64,000 nt of DNA. Origin: Pocillopora damicornis (lineage: Eukaryota). Positions 12,701 to 26,600 of the stretch are shown one piece after another. Each line of letters begins with the position of its first letter. Within the stretch, counting starts at the first letter, position 1. Below the pieces are notes generated by a model, which saw only the letters and a list, made by a program, of their open reading frames with translations, was not told where the DNA came from and made no database searches. The position numbers and the translations under genes are program-made. Where the stretch lies: assembly GCF_003704095.1 (NCBI RefSeq), contig NW_020847586.1:248001-312000 (forward strand), written 5' to 3'.

Positions 12701-15700
12701 GCCAATAAAATTTGAACGAAAGACCCAACCACCTGAAACATTTTGCCTGACTTTGTTTTCATACTTTCATCAGACAAGTAACTTTTCATTATTTTTAGTG
12801 TTCACATCTCAGTTTAACAACTTTCAAAAACTAAAATATCAAAATGAAGAAAGTGAAGAAACTGATCTTTAAAGTTCACTTACATGACTGGACATAAACA
12901 GCTAAAATCACCAGAACCAAACTTCATGTGCCCAGGGATGTGTCTTGTTGTCTGGAAGTAAGGAAACTGTCCTTGTTTGGCCCATCTGGTAAATAATGCA
13001 TGTACACTGAAAGTCCTTCTTCATTTGAACTGGTCAGTTTGAAAATATTTTTAAGTTACGGTAATTTGCAAATTTTTTTTTCAAAGAAGAAAAAAAAAAG
13101 AAATTTCCAAATCTTAAAGCAATCACAAGAACATGAGAGTAACAAAAATGACACCCAACACTTACATTTAAGTTTAAGTTTTATGTTTAAGTTTTCAATA
13201 CATGAACCTACCTAATTTAAAAGCAATGCAACTTAAACTTCTAGAGGCATTCAAGTCTCATGTTAAATACGTGAGTAGTAGTCCCTCCTTTTTGGTGAAA
13301 TCTGTGCAACAAGTTGAAAAAAAAAAAAAAATTAAAAAATCAGCAAACACAAAAGTGATGTTAACACTCTGGGAGTGAGGCACACTGTGCAAACATCAAT
13401 TTTGTTTTTGCAAATTTTTTTAACTCTTGCAACCAATTTGGCCAAAAAGGAAGGACTACTCATAGTCTTTGTTGTGAGAATGAAGTTGGATTAAAATCAT
13501 TTGTGATCAGCAAACACTCAAAGACAAGAAAGAACATCACCCTTCACACCTACCTCACCAAGTCGCTGATAAAAACTGGTTCATCTATCCACAGCAAGCC
13601 AAGATAACAAAATGCTAAGGTGGACTGAAGGGTAACATGCCCGCACAACACTCCTCTTTTTTTTGTTTGACGGCAAGTCATGGAACCAATAAATTCGTCG
13701 TCACTACTGTCTGAGACATCATCAACATCCATCTCTTTATTGTGGCAGAGAGAAGTCCAGTCATCACCTGGATTCAAATCATTGCCATCATCGTCATGTT
13801 TTGGCAATGCTTCTGAAGGATCATCACCTGGAGTGAAAGGAAAAAGTATGAAAAAGTAAAATACTGGTGAGGTACTAGATGTTAATTTCAAATGTATCAT
13901 CTAAGCCATCCATTGACAGTAGATGAACATGAGGGCGGGGTGGGGGGGCTGACAGGTTAGCAGAATCAAGAACTGCTTTTGGGTCTGCTGGTAACCATGG
14001 CAACCCTGTGAGTAACATTCATGAACTGTTAAGTCAATAGAAGATCTACAAATTTTTGCAAATGAGTACACTGAGTTCTCAATGGCTTCTGGTGAAATCT
14101 TCAATGTGACACTGACTACTGGGCTATCCAATCCACTTCTGGGCTATCCAATTTCTTGGTCATGGATTAAATGGGAGGAATTCTCATATCTTCAATGCAG
14201 CTGAATCTAGAATACAACACAATAAAAAAGTCTGTTACTACCTTCATAAAACTCCTCATCACTAAAGTGTGAACACAGTTCTAATTCATCATCATCATCT
14301 GATTCACATGAAGGATCCAACTTTCTCTTGCGTCCACTCTTATTTCTTTGATTTCTGTTTAAGAGATTAGCATCTCGCTGGTAAAAAATTGAACCTTTGG
14401 TTGGTACAGTTCCCTGAGGAGATCCAGTGAAGGCAATTTCAGTGACCTGCAAATACTTGTACCACAGCTTGAAGACAACATCCTAGGGAGAGGAAGAAGA
14501 CTTTGAATGAGAAATTAAAGTTACATGGGATTGGATGGGTTTTGCTGCAAAATATCCCCATGATCACTTAATACTCAACAGAATGATGTGAAATAGAAAC
14601 AGTGCACCATTTGCAAGATTTCTGAGCCTCTGTTTGAGATGAGGGTGTGTGCCAAGCCTTTAAAGAGAAAATAACTCTATTGAATTTATCTTCAGTGAAA
14701 ATGAAACTCATGTTTTCAAGGCTTGTTTTTGGCCTTCTTTTCAGGCTTCCAGACTTTAAAGTAGCCTATTATTACTTGGTTGTTGGCATTTTTTTAATGC
14801 TTGAGGCTAAATAAATTGAAAATGTACCTCAAAACATGAATCATCATCCAAATCTTATCCATGGTGTTAAATTTGATTGGCCCTGATGGCTTGTTTTGAT
14901 TTTAAAAATACTTTAATTTTCTGACACTAAAAAAAATAGCCTAGTAAGAAATTTGGGTATTCTTGCATATGACCACCAAAAAGCTTTAAATATAGGAGAA
15001 AAAAAAAACAAAAAAAACAGAAAGGCAATAGAACTGTGAAAGAAATGGTTAATGGTTACATCAGTGGGAAGAAATAGGTTTCAGTTCAATTTGAACCATC
15101 AATAAAATGCCCATCAAAAAATCAGTTTGAAGCTTTCACTGTTTTTCAATAATCAACTGAAGATACTATGTGATTCCTTAGTTTTTTCCTTCCTCGTATT
15201 AAACCATTAATGAATGAGATACCTTCAATGCATCATTGACTCCAAGTTTTATGAGATATTCCACTTGAACTCTTATGATGTACTGATACGCTTCATACAT
15301 GAACCAAGGTTTCCCTTTATCTGCAACTGTTGAATATATGGGAAAGTAAAAAAGCCAGCAATTATAACTAGTACAATAATCATCTGCAAAGTTAACATCT
15401 TAAGAAAATCAATGAAAAAGAATCTCTTTTCCTGGAGGAAAATGTAGAATAAAAACTCTTTATTGTAACCGACACAGCTCAGGGCCCAAGTGCTACTCCT
15501 CTCTATGAGACAATCACTTAAAACAACTGGAGAAATCTTAATTAACAACAAAAAGATCAATAGTTAACCCAAAGAATTATCAAACACTGAAAGAGTGGAA
15601 AACATAACCTTATAATTAAACAAGTAATGCACATTTAATTTATAATAAATATTTTTTTAAGTCAACAATATTATCAGGAGGAGAAATTGACTCACAAAAC

Positions 15701-16427
15701 TGTTTCTGTCTTCCACCTTTGCCCTTCCTTGATACCTGCAATCGGCTATCAACTCCAGCTTCATAAGGATTTGCTGCCTCTTCATCTCTCATATCCTAAT
15801 TAAAGATGAAATGCAAAAGAAATCAAAATGAAGAAGAATTACTACTGCACATTATAACTGTTCAAAATACCTTGTCAAGCCAATCAGGTTATTCTCTTAG
15901 TCATGAGTGAATTTTCCATAACAGCGAACTTTAATTATCAACTCTCACCTCTGAGGATTGAAAACTCCCTACCCATGCCCCTGCTGGCCAATTGATTACG
16001 CCATTAGAAAAAATTACATCCTTGCCACCATGAAAACCAACATAAAATTAATTCATAAATTTCAGGAATCTTTCGCCCGAATTTGAGGATATGTTATTTT
16101 AGGTCATGGCTAACCATAAACCAATACGTCACTTGTGTTCGTATACAGCGGTGGTTAATTTAGACAGGAAAAAGGACAATTTCATTCTAACTGAAGAAGC
16201 CGGGAGCTTTTTGGTTTTGTTGTGGAGTTTGCTGTGAGGTATTTGTTAATGCCGTGACAATTGTGGGCCTCAGTGAAACACAGTTCTTGTATCGATCGTG
16301 AAAGACATTTTAACGCAAAGGAAAAGCTTGAAGTGGTTACCTGAGACTGAGTTCCACAGCTTTGGCAGTAATACAGTCCATCAATACAGTCAAAGACTTC
16401 TCCATCGCACAAAACACACGACGGCAT
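9737..16427 (-). CDS. TAF1B: TATA box-binding protein-associated factor RNA polymerase I subunit B (TAF1B/Rrn7)
   Basis: Nine phase-compatible exons: 16341-16427 (Zn ribbon MPSCVLC...DGLYYCQSCGTQSQ), 15696-15795, 15223-15320 (WFMYEAYQYIIRVQVEYLIKLGV), 14242-14482 (DVVFKLWYKYLQ), 13554-13827 (TLAFCYLGLLWIDEPVFISDLVR), 12884-12985 (WAKQGQFPYF), 12516-12643 (ARFITDLHLP), 11178-11340 (AMAFIVVALKLCYGIDD), 9737-10427 (FHSSYKELLGVLADRIE...VRKLEKALF, resembling the TAF1B C-terminus). The 221-aa ORF at 9737-10402 is this last exon. Confidence 0.9.
10454..10660. mobile_element. MITE subfamily B copy in the last TAF1B intron
   Basis: TTGACCCTTTACACCCCAATATCAGT...CTCCATACTGTTC...GAAATTAGATGTTAGTCACTC. 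Confidence 0.75.
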
Positions 16428-17534
16428 TTTTTCAGATTTGCCTCCATTTCACTATTGTCATGTATGGCCCAACGTATCGTCTCCTCAAATTCCCAGTCCT
16501 TCGCGGTTGAATCCGTACTTTGAACCTAATTACCAAATCAAAACAAATATTACTCCAGGGAGCTTTCCCGGACCAGCGACGAGCTTCCACTCTGGACGTC
16601 ACTAGGTATGTAGGATTTTTCCGCCAGGGGCGCAAAGGAAACTCGATTTAGTTACAAAATGTAAAATTAATGCGAACTCTACTGGATAAAGATACGCTCC
16701 ACGGCAACATTAAGAACTTGCGTAATATTTGCTTTGCACTGAGAAAAATGTCATCACTTGTGTGACATTTTTAATTTCTTTGGCTCCAAAAAAGGATATT
16801 TACTTGTTGCTTGAACACCGAATATAAATCAGCAGTCACTCTCTTATTGATGTTTGAAAGGTACAGTTTCGTACCTGAGAATTTTTCGGGTGTCATTAGG
16901 CATCCCGAAGGCATATCAATATCACCTTGTTGCTTTCTGTGGATTACAGCTTGTAAACAAAGACTGTTCTTGCAGATTTTTATGCAATTTGCTTTACAGT
17001 AACGCTACCAAAGTAAAAGAAACTCTTTACTTTAAGCTCTGCTACTTAATTTTGCTTCAAACTCTTTTTTTTGTAGGTGTTTAATCTGCTATAAATTTCA
17101 CAAGACTAAATAAGTCTACATGTTATTACTTAACACGTATTTTGAAATTTTTTTTTGTGCTTTTTTGAGTTAGATTTTTAGACTAGAAAGTATGCGTTAG
17201 GTAATACATGTCACACCTTTTGCTGCACGTAAGTAAAGGGAAATTTTCCAGCACATACTATTCATAATAGTGTCAACATGTTCTCTTCTAGAAAATATTC
17301 TAGCAAAAAGGGAGAAATTCATAATTTATTTTTTTACCAATAACTCATTTGAAATGCTAATTTTATAACAGGTCATCATCAAATCTCTCAGTAAACTGGT
17401 GAAAGGAACAAGACACCTGTTAAGAACTCAATTACTTTATTATAGTTTTTCAGAAGTCATTCCCAGTTTAATTATTTTACGATTGTTTTTCAGAAGTCAT
17501 CCCCCTATTATTAACAGTCAGATTGGCAATAGCC
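16428..17534. promoter_or_regulatory. Divergent promoter region TAF1B / FADS6-like, probably including a FADS6 5'UTR intron
   Basis: Head-to-head genes. CpG-rich patch at about 16470-16640 with a CRE-like GACGTCA at ~16595. TTTTTCAG acceptors at ~17453 and ~17493, just upstream of the FADS6 ATG. Confidence 0.55.
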
Positions 17535-18599
17535 ATGCCCCCGTATGAAAAGAATGATGTGGCTGAAGAATTTTTGATGGAGGCTGACAAGAAAGATGAG
17601 GACATGTCGCAGAATAGGCCATCCATGAAACAACTCAACTTACTGGTCAAAGACGTAGTCTCACATAGTACTTGGTGGGACCTCTATGGTGTTGACTTAA
17701 CAATTATGTTTGCAAACTTTGCACTTCTTCCTATCAGTCTTTTTCTGATTGGATCTGGCTGTATACCTTTGTTTGCAACTGGCTATCTTCTGTTCTCCTA
17801 TGTCCATGCCACATTTACAGTGAAGCTGGCCCATGCAGCTGTACACAATGCCTTGGCAGGCTCATCACATTTCTTCAACCGCCTTCTGTCTGTGTTCTTC
17901 ATTGAGATCTGGGGAGGTTTTACAGAACAAGGCAGCTTTGAGGCTCATATTCAGTTACATCACCCTTACACTAATGTGATTGGTTTGGGTGATTCTAGCT
18001 CATGGCGAGCACCATTCTTGGGCCGCTTTACATACCTCTTCATTGCTCCACTGTCCATGCCACTCTTCAACACCGCAATAGGCATAACCTTGCTCACTGG
18101 ACGCTGGTATTCAATTGCTAGGTTTCTCTGTATAGCAACAGCTGGCTACATCATGCACTTCTGCTTGTTCCGGTACTTAGCTGGATTGTCCCTTTTGGGC
18201 ACCATCCTTTGCATGATCACTACTCGTTCGGTATTTGCCATTCCATACATCCATGTGAATATCTTCCAGCACATTGGTTTGCCCATGTATGATGTAAAGA
18301 AACGCCCAAGACGACTCTACCAATTAGCTTCAGCAGCTCTCAATCTGCCGAGAAATCCACTTCTGGATTATTCCTTTGGCCATTCCATCATCAGCTGCCA
18401 TGTGGAACATCATTTATTTCCACGACTGTCTGATAACATGTGCCTGAAAATCAAGCCTGTGGTGTCCAGCTACCTTAAGAATAATAGCCTTCCATATAAT
18501 GAAGCCACTTATATGAATCAACTGTCAAAATTTTACAACAATTATGATGAGCTTATGGTGAAAGCTCCACCGATTACAGAACTGATTGGCATACAGTAA
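17535..18599 (+). CDS. FADS6: Fatty acid desaturase 6-like membrane desaturase, single coding exon
   Basis: Uninterrupted ~354-codon ORF from ATG 17535. It has three His boxes (HAAVH, HIQLHH, HVEHH), hydrophobic segments and FADS6-like strings (SSSWRAPFLGR, PYIHVNIFQHIGLPM, GHSIISCHVEHHLFPRLSDNMCLKIKPVVS). No cytochrome b5 domain. AATAAA at about 18998. Confidence 0.9.
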   Translation: MPPYEKNDVAEEFLMEADKKDEDMSQNRPSMKQLNLLVKDVVSHSTWWDLYGVDLTIMFANFALLPISLFLIGSGCIPLFATGYLLFSYVHATFTVKLAHAAVHNALAGSSHFFNRLLSVFFIEIWGGFTEQGSFEAHIQLHHPYTNVIGLGDSSSWRAPFLGRFTYLFIAPLSMPLFNTAIGITLLTGRWYSIARFLCIATAGYIMHFCLFRYLAGLSLLGTILCMITTRSVFAIPYIHVNIFQHIGLPMYDVKKRPRRLYQLASAALNLPRNPLLDYSFGHSIISCHVEHHLFPRLSDNMCLKIKPVVSSYLKNNSLPYNEATYMNQLSKFYNNYDELMVKAPPITELIGIQ

Positions 18600-19941
18600 A
18601 AATATCTTCAACAGGGAATTAAACAATTTAAAGAAGAATTTAAATTAATCAGATGTTGAGAGGTCTCTTTTGAGTGGGTAGTTTTCAAAGTTGAGGGCCT
18701 TCTATTCCCAGGGAGGTCCAGACTCTCTGGGGAAATTTTGAAGTTCTTGACTCTTGTAGTAGCTTTCTCCTGCACTTTGGGATGTTTTCTATTTTATGTT
18801 GCTTTGCTGTTCCAAAAATTCAATCTATTTGAAAAGAAATTGAAGATAACTACATTTATGTTAAGAATGCAATGATGTTTATGATAAGGCTAAAAGCAAG
18901 TAGTCTGCTAGATCTACTTCACACCCTGCTTCTCTTGAAAACCCTGGAAGTATTTCTTTGAACATTGCTTTTTAAAGCTATATTATTATGCAAATGCAAT
19001 AAACATTATGAAGAAGAAAAAGTATCTGTTTCACCGCTAACTGAATGTTTGTTCAGTCTTAAAAACAAAAAAAATTATTTATCACAAGAACTGATTAATA
19101 ATTCCATTAATTAAATAGTCAAGTTTCATGGGAAGCTGCATAGCACTGTAACTACTCAGCTTTCTTTATCAGTATCATTACTTGCAGAACTTTTTTTATG
19201 TAATTGACTTGAAGTGTATTTAGGTACAAAGGTGCATTGGGTGTCTGTTATTAATTTATCATAGCCTACACTGTATCCTAACATGGAGGTTCTGAATACA
19301 TTTCCCCAAATGCAGTGTAATTAACAGAGCTGTGCTCTATCAGAACCAGTGTACTATAAGTGACTTACTATTATTGTTTAGTGACTTTATTTATGAAAGT
19401 TTTCAAAACCTGGATACCCAAGTTTTCTGAGACAAGAGCCTTTGGGGATATGGTGATCTTATTGAAGGGCAACCAGCTTGTGGTGGGGGCATTACCTACA
19501 GTACTCACTGTAAGTTTAAAAATTACATATAAATCAAGTTTAAATTGCTATTATTTATAAATCACTGGGAAACAGATGGGAAAACTATTTGTTCTAGATT
19601 TCCACAGAGCAAAAAAGTTTTTTCATCATTTTAAATTGATGTTATTTATTGATTAGATGTAGAGTTGAAATATACAGATTTGCCATACCAGTTAAGGTCT
19701 TAGTGGTTCAGAGGACAGAAGTCTCCCTTTTTCTTTTCCAAACTATTAATTAAGGGTGTTACTTTTTTAAAGGGAAAATTAACATTAAATTTGTTGTTGT
19801 TGTTAGAGATGAATTTGTGATAATTTAAACATTGGAATCCTTTTCTGGTTGATAGAAATAAAGAGTATGGATAGAAATCACGATCTATTTGAATTATATT
19901 TATTTATTTATCTTGTGCAAAAAAGGACTTTGCAAAAGATG

Positions 19942-20050
19942 TTTTTTCATCTTGTCACAAGCATGGGACAAAGAAAAAATTCTGAGTCCCTGTAAGGAAT
20001 CAAACCTCAGACCTTTGGTTTGATGCTCCAATGTTCCACCACTGAGTCAA
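19942..20050 (-). mobile_element. tRNA-derived SINE fragment
   Basis: Reverse complement GACTCAGTGGTGGAACATTGGAGC...GAGGTTTGATTCC...GGGACTCAGAATTTTTTCTTTGTCC; related fragment at ~42358-42422 on the + strand. Confidence 0.6.
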
Positions 20051-20693
20051 AGCATTATTCAAACTGAAGGCAAAGTTCAGGTGCATAAAAGCATATTATT
20101 ACTCCTTGGAACTATTGTTTATTTACAGGAGTGTTTTTTTTACCAGTACAAATGAAGGATTAACAAAAATGTTCTCTTGTGTCTTTGATTTCCTGTGAGA
20201 GCTGCCTACATACACATCATGAATCATCACTTAACTGTACTTCCAGGTGTCTCTGTACAATTCTTTAAGGACCACACAGTGAAGTTCTGTTCCTAGCTAT
20301 GTATATTTGCATGCAAAGCAATACAAGTCATTGTTTACTCTCCAGAGTGGTGAATGGTCTATTGGAGAAGTACATCTCTCAGGTCTCCCAGACCCTATTT
20401 TTTTCTAGATTTCTGTCTTAGATTCTGCATCATTTTCTAAAGTTTCACCCTCATTTTTTAAAATCATAATTAGACAGAAAAGAAGTGAGGGACTTGAATT
20501 ATTAGCCACAAGCTAAAGTCTTTCCATCTGCTGAAGGATCCTTATGACTAAGCATTATGTGACTGCTGTTGCAAGTTGATCTTAGAACTCACTGACACTG
20601 TTTGAGTCAAGGTAAAGTGCATAATCTTTTGCTTGGAAGATGTCAAGTCACCGTTTAGCCTTCTCTATGGCACCCTGTTTATTGCAATGTGGG

Positions 20694-23600
20694 CTAAAGG
20701 AAGTCCTTCATTGGATCATCTTCCTGGCGACGCTTCATGCGATATGCTTCCATCTCCTCCTCAGTAACCTCATGGTAATCACCTTTGTGAGAGTTGTACG
20801 GTCTCTTTCGTTCATCCATGGCAAGTAGTCTGTCTGCTTCTTTCTGGTTCCGTTCCTCTTTTCTTAGTGCCTGGCAAAGGAAAGATCTACTTGTTAAATG
20901 CCACTCCCAGTATTGTTAAGAAACAGATGGAATATGAAATAATATGAAATACTTATCAAAGTGTCTTCATCGAGGAAAGCTTTGATAGCTTTGGCAAAGG
21001 ATCTATACTTTACCTGGTCTTCTAAAACTACTATGTTTAAAACCCCAATCATAAAGAGCCTCATTGTCAACAAACCTTGTTTAGCTTTTCCTTTTTAACT
21101 TCCTCATCATCTTCATCAACTGACTTTTCTCTTTTCTTGCCCTTCTTGCGATTTTCTTGATGAAGCTAAAATTAAGGAATCCAAATGAATATTTAGAATG
21201 TCAGCTGCAGAAAAAAAAATTTTTTTTTTTAACATCCTTTACCTTGACTTTACGCATTAAAGTTCCTCCTCCATATAATCTCGTATATTACCATTGAATG
21301 CATGCTGGGGGAAGTTTGACATTGATAAAAAAAAAACTGTGTCTTACAGCTAAGAGTCTTATCCACTATTAGAAGAGAGGTACCTACATTTCAGACACCA
21401 CTTCTTTTAAAAAGTTTTGTTTATCATTTCTATGAAAATGTGATACTAAGTCAATTTTTAGACTGGACATAGAAATTTAATAATTCAAAAATTGTCTTCA
21501 AAATTGCCAAGTTTCTTACACAGATGGCACTATTATGAATCTTGCTTTGAAACATGGCTGTTGACCTGAGATGTAAAAATTTCCCACAACTCTTTTCCCA
21601 TCCTTGGTGTTGATATGTTTCAATAACTATTATAGCATAGCTAGTAGATTTGTCTAATCAAATTCAACTGCGCGAGCGTGCTTCATAAATCCTATTGTGC
21701 ACGCTCATGACATCAGCAAATCTCTCAAAAGCTGTGCTTCATATCTCAATGAACGCACACTGATGTATGAACCAATAGTTAACTAGCTACACAAAAATAA
21801 TAATAATTCATTCAATAGCCAAAGCTACAGCTGCTTGTGAACTGCATGTTATGGTTTTGTAGTCACTTTCTGAGTTGCTTTCAGATGGTGGCATCCATAA
21901 ACCGAATTCAATGCACATTTGAAGACAATTTTCTACCCATTACAACAACAGCAGCCCCCTTGACAGACATCATTTGGATTCCTAAGTCACAAGTGAACCA
22001 GGAGCTGTAAACCATAGCTTTTAACTCAAGAATCCAGCATCCTTCTACACAGACTTTTCTTTTTTTAGAATGAATCAACAAAAACAAAAGGAAAAGTGGC
22101 TTTCTCACTTGGTAAAGTGTAGGCTACCTGGTGACATCTCAACTAACCTCAAGTAATGTTTTCCCGTTTTCTTCTGCTTCTTGAATCATTCTTGCTGCAC
22201 TTGTAATTGGTGGATTATTCTGTGGACAGCACGGGAATTTAGAGATAAATTTGAAATTAAATATGCAGTAGACTGTTTAAACTACAAACTCAGATATATT
22301 ATTGCCTTATGGTTTATTTTGCCGACTGAATTAATTTTTATCATACCCCTGTTGCAGATGAAGCTTTACCAGATTCCCCAGTGCAGTAGGAATTTCTGAC
22401 AAAGGAATGACAACAAGCATAGCCCCATCTTCCTTCCTGCCAGTATGAACCCCAAACACTCTGAAAAGAGAGGCAGACTTGGACTGAGAAAACAAACTAT
22501 AACATACAAAACAAGCAAGGAAGCACACACTGATGTGGAGTATACCACATTTATAATTAATAAATGATTATCAACCAAAATAGTAATGATTATCAAAACT
22601 ACAATACTAATATCATTTCATCATTTTCATGTTCTCAATTCTCACTGTGTGATTGTTTGTGTACACATCCTCTTCATATTTGGACTTTGCAACTGCCTTC
22701 TCTTGACCTGCAAGGAACAATTTCAAACACAGTAATTGATTGGTTAAGAGAGTGGCACAAGTTTTCTGGACCAATCACAGAGTAAAGAAAAGCAAACCAA
22801 TGTAACCCTGGATTACCTTTGACACTCAAATGCAAATTGATCTTTAAGGGAGAATGAATTTATTAATACAGCTGTGTTACCTTTGATGACCTTTCCAGTT
22901 CTTGAGTACTCAACATAATGCTCCTGAAAATGGCATTATTTTCAAACAATTCAATAAGAAATAATACATACAGAGTTTATCAATTTTTAATACAATTAAT
23001 CACAATGTACCATGCAACAAGAAACACTGCCTACTACAGGGCACTTTCAATGCTAATAACACTTACAGTTTGAGCCAACAACAAGTCTTTGGGAGGAGCA
23101 TTCAAGTGTTCTTCACCTCCATACTAAGGAAAAAAACGAAGTAATATTTTTTAGTTATAATACACTGACATAGCTTACACTATCAATGATCAATGTATTT
23201 AGAAATACGTAATGCAATTTAAGGATTATGTTAACTGTGTAAAGATTATAAGACCTCTCTAATGTACAACTGTTCGAAAGGATTCTCACCTTCTCAAGTA
23301 CTGTAAGCTTCTTGTCTTGTTCAAAGTCACCTTTCTTTACTCTGTACTCTTGGTGTAACAGCTCAAGTTTGGTGGGATCTGCCTGAAGATGGACATCAGC
23401 TCCCTTCTCATATGCTTCCCAAGCAAACACTGGTAAACACAAAAGAATGCAAGTTATTAGGCATACCCAAATCTTTTGTAAATAGTGGTGACCCACAAAT
23501 ACATAGACTTACTCTGTGTTTGAGCCATCTTCTGTGTGTCTCCAGAAAATCGAACAAAGTTATCCCCAGAGTAGGTGACACTTGAAAAGGAAAAATTTAG

Positions 23601-26600
23601 AGCATCTTACATTAACAATTATAGTTATGCAAAAACTTTGCTCTGTCAGTTTTCTTTCTCAACAGAGCTAGCACCATGTTCACGTAACCTTTAACTCCCA
23701 TAAGTGACTAAGAGCGAATTTCTCCTTAAAAAAAATCAATATAATATCAAGCAGACAAATTATGGGGAAACAAATACATCAGTTAGAGGCTGGTATATTA
23801 GTTGGTCCAATGATAAATTCTTGTGACTAAAAATTATTGGGATTGTATGGTAAACAGCAAGAATTACTAATGATGTTTGATGAAATTCAACCACACTTTT
23901 CTTATTTAGTACCTAGCAGAAAAAAGCCTTCAACCACTATGATAAACATTCTCACAAAGAAAGTGAAAAATCCTCACTTGTTTGCAGTTGCATCTGTTTC
24001 CTTGAAAGGGTTTTCTCTCATTGATCTTGTCTTTGGATCATAATATGCTGAGTTGGGGTCCAGGTTGTGTAAATACTAATCAAAATCGAAACAAGAGAAA
24101 TTATTACTTACTTTCAGCATCAAAAGTTTGCAAAGGAATAAAGTTACCATAAATATAACCTAATTGCAACATGGGTATGTTGTGATACAAATCTTTCTTT
24201 TAATTACAATTTTCCTTGATTTAAAGTTATTCAAACAACTTTGATTTTCATTTTTTTTGTCTCTGATTGATACAGAATACAACACAAAAGAAAACAAAGA
24301 TCAAACTAGTTTGAAATTTTTAAACAACCACAACAACAAAAACATTGAAACACAACATATTGTGGAATCACATACCTTTGCAGTGTCTTCACGGATTCTT
24401 AAGTTCCTGACTGTTGTTCGTCTGATGATGGAACAAAAATTGATTAGATTTAAAACAACATATCCACTGCAAATATTAGATACCCTGCAGATCTTCAATG
24501 CATAAAAAAATTAAATGATACCACAATGCTACAACAACTAACTGACTGCCTGGCCAGCAATCCACTTAAAGATCAAGAGGTTCAAGATTCCAGACTTAAT
24601 TGCACAGCAGCACACAGTTATAGAAATTGTGTTACAAAATTGAGAGTGCGTCAGAAGGGCTTTAGTTTCATGTGTTCATCATTTAGCAATTGTAGTATCA
24701 AAGCAGTATCATGTTTATTTAATTCATGCACAAGACAGGTGAAAACTAACCTTTTTGTATCAAATTTTTGTCCCGGCATGTCAGCCCTGTCTGCGTACTT
24801 ATCTTCATCTTCACTGTCTGGGTCATCCTGCAAACAATTCCAAAGAATTAAAAAGAATACAAATGCATAATCTTGAAAACAGTTTTACAAAAGTTTCCTC
24901 TATTCATCAACTTTAAAATCTTTAAGTTAGCAAGATTTTACCACAATTTCTGTTTTTTTTCCTTCTGCTAGTTCCTCTTCCAGTCTCTCTGCTTTTAAAT
25001 GCTGTTTGGCCTGAACACAAAGATATTACATGTATTAAATTATGTTTTAACAAATAACAACTAAATTTGTGTTTCCAAAACTTGCTCCTTTTTCTACACT
25101 CAGAATTGGTTTGTATCTATTTTAACAAAAGAAATCATTGCTCAATTCCAAAAAAGAGCAAAAATTATCTAGTAAACATTTTATGTTCAAATTATGTTAT
25201 TTTAATGAAAAAGCTACTTTAATATAGGTCATCCTGCTTTTTGGTAAGAAAATGAAAATTCACCCCTGGAGAGCTCCAATCATAGACAAAAGCCGTCACT
25301 TTTTTTTAAATGCGCAAGCTAGTTGCACGTGAAATAATGAGCAGAAAGGATGTGCAATGCAATAATACGGAATGAACTTAAATCTAACAGAATGACAAAG
25401 AATAAGACGAGTGAAAACCTACCATCTCTAATTTGTTATATTCGTCAACAACTTTCTTGTAGTCCTGAACATTATAGCCATTCCATCTAAGTATGAGGAA
25501 GAATTGTCATTAGGCACAAGCTAATAAAGCTGATGAAAGTAATAAGATAAATAATTCCACTTGTAACCAGGCAGTTGAGTAACAACATAAAACTACTATG
25601 AAGTAGGAATGATTAAAGGTTTAGTTAGACAACAACGCATTAGCCTCATCGTTAGTGCGCTCAACTCCAGATCAAGTGGTCTGGGTTCAAGCCCTGGCTG
25701 GAGTCATTGTGCTGTGTTCTTAGGCAAGACACTACTCTCACAGTGCTTTTCTTCACCCAGGTGTACAAATGGGTACCGGCAAAAATTCTGGGGGTAACCC
25801 TGCAATGGACTAGCATCCCATCCAGGGGGTAGAAGCAATACTCCTAGCCACTTCATGCTAAAGGAAACTGGAGTCAGCCCCATGGGCCACTTCACTGGGC
25901 CTGAATAAAGGCTTTACTTTTTAGACAACAAGAAGCACTGCAAGAGTCAACACTATGACAAAATTAACTTATTGCTCACTGGTTTTATTCATACATAGAT
26001 GAAAAATACCAGATGGTTGTTATTATGAAAGAAAATGATCCTAAACTAGTAGTTTATATCACAGAACACAAACGTGACATGCACAGTCCAATCACAAACT
26101 TTGTGAATGCACTGTGCATGTTACATGCTCAGCAACAACCCTAAACATGCCTTTAAGGGATGTTTAGGGTTGTTGCTGAACACTGGCTGCTGGTGAAATT
26201 TGTAGCACTAATTCATCCCAACTTCTTCCATTTCTTGCATCCAACATTTTCTAAAGAGGAAGGTTAGTAGCCCCACATTTTTGGCATTGCAAACCCCCTC
26301 CCCCCTTCACCAATCAATAGAAAGCACAAAGTGCCTTCTTTGAGACACCACTTTTGAGCCACCTCACTTGAAGTATGATAAGTAGTTAATTTAGGAAGAG
26401 AAAGTAATAGAAGAGAACAAAAGAGAAAAATGAAAAAGAAATTATGTGAAAAAAATGAAAAAAAAAAGTTGAAAAAAAAGCAGTTTTACCTATCTCTTTT
26501 ACCATCGTAATCAAATGAAAGCTGAGGCTGTATGTGTTCATCAGCTTTAATATCCTCTCCACTGAACTTAGCACCAACTCTTCTGGGTCTCTGACATAAA

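Noticed and set aside
25609-25895. Short ORFs on both strands
   Set aside because: They lie within a SINE; no coding evidence.
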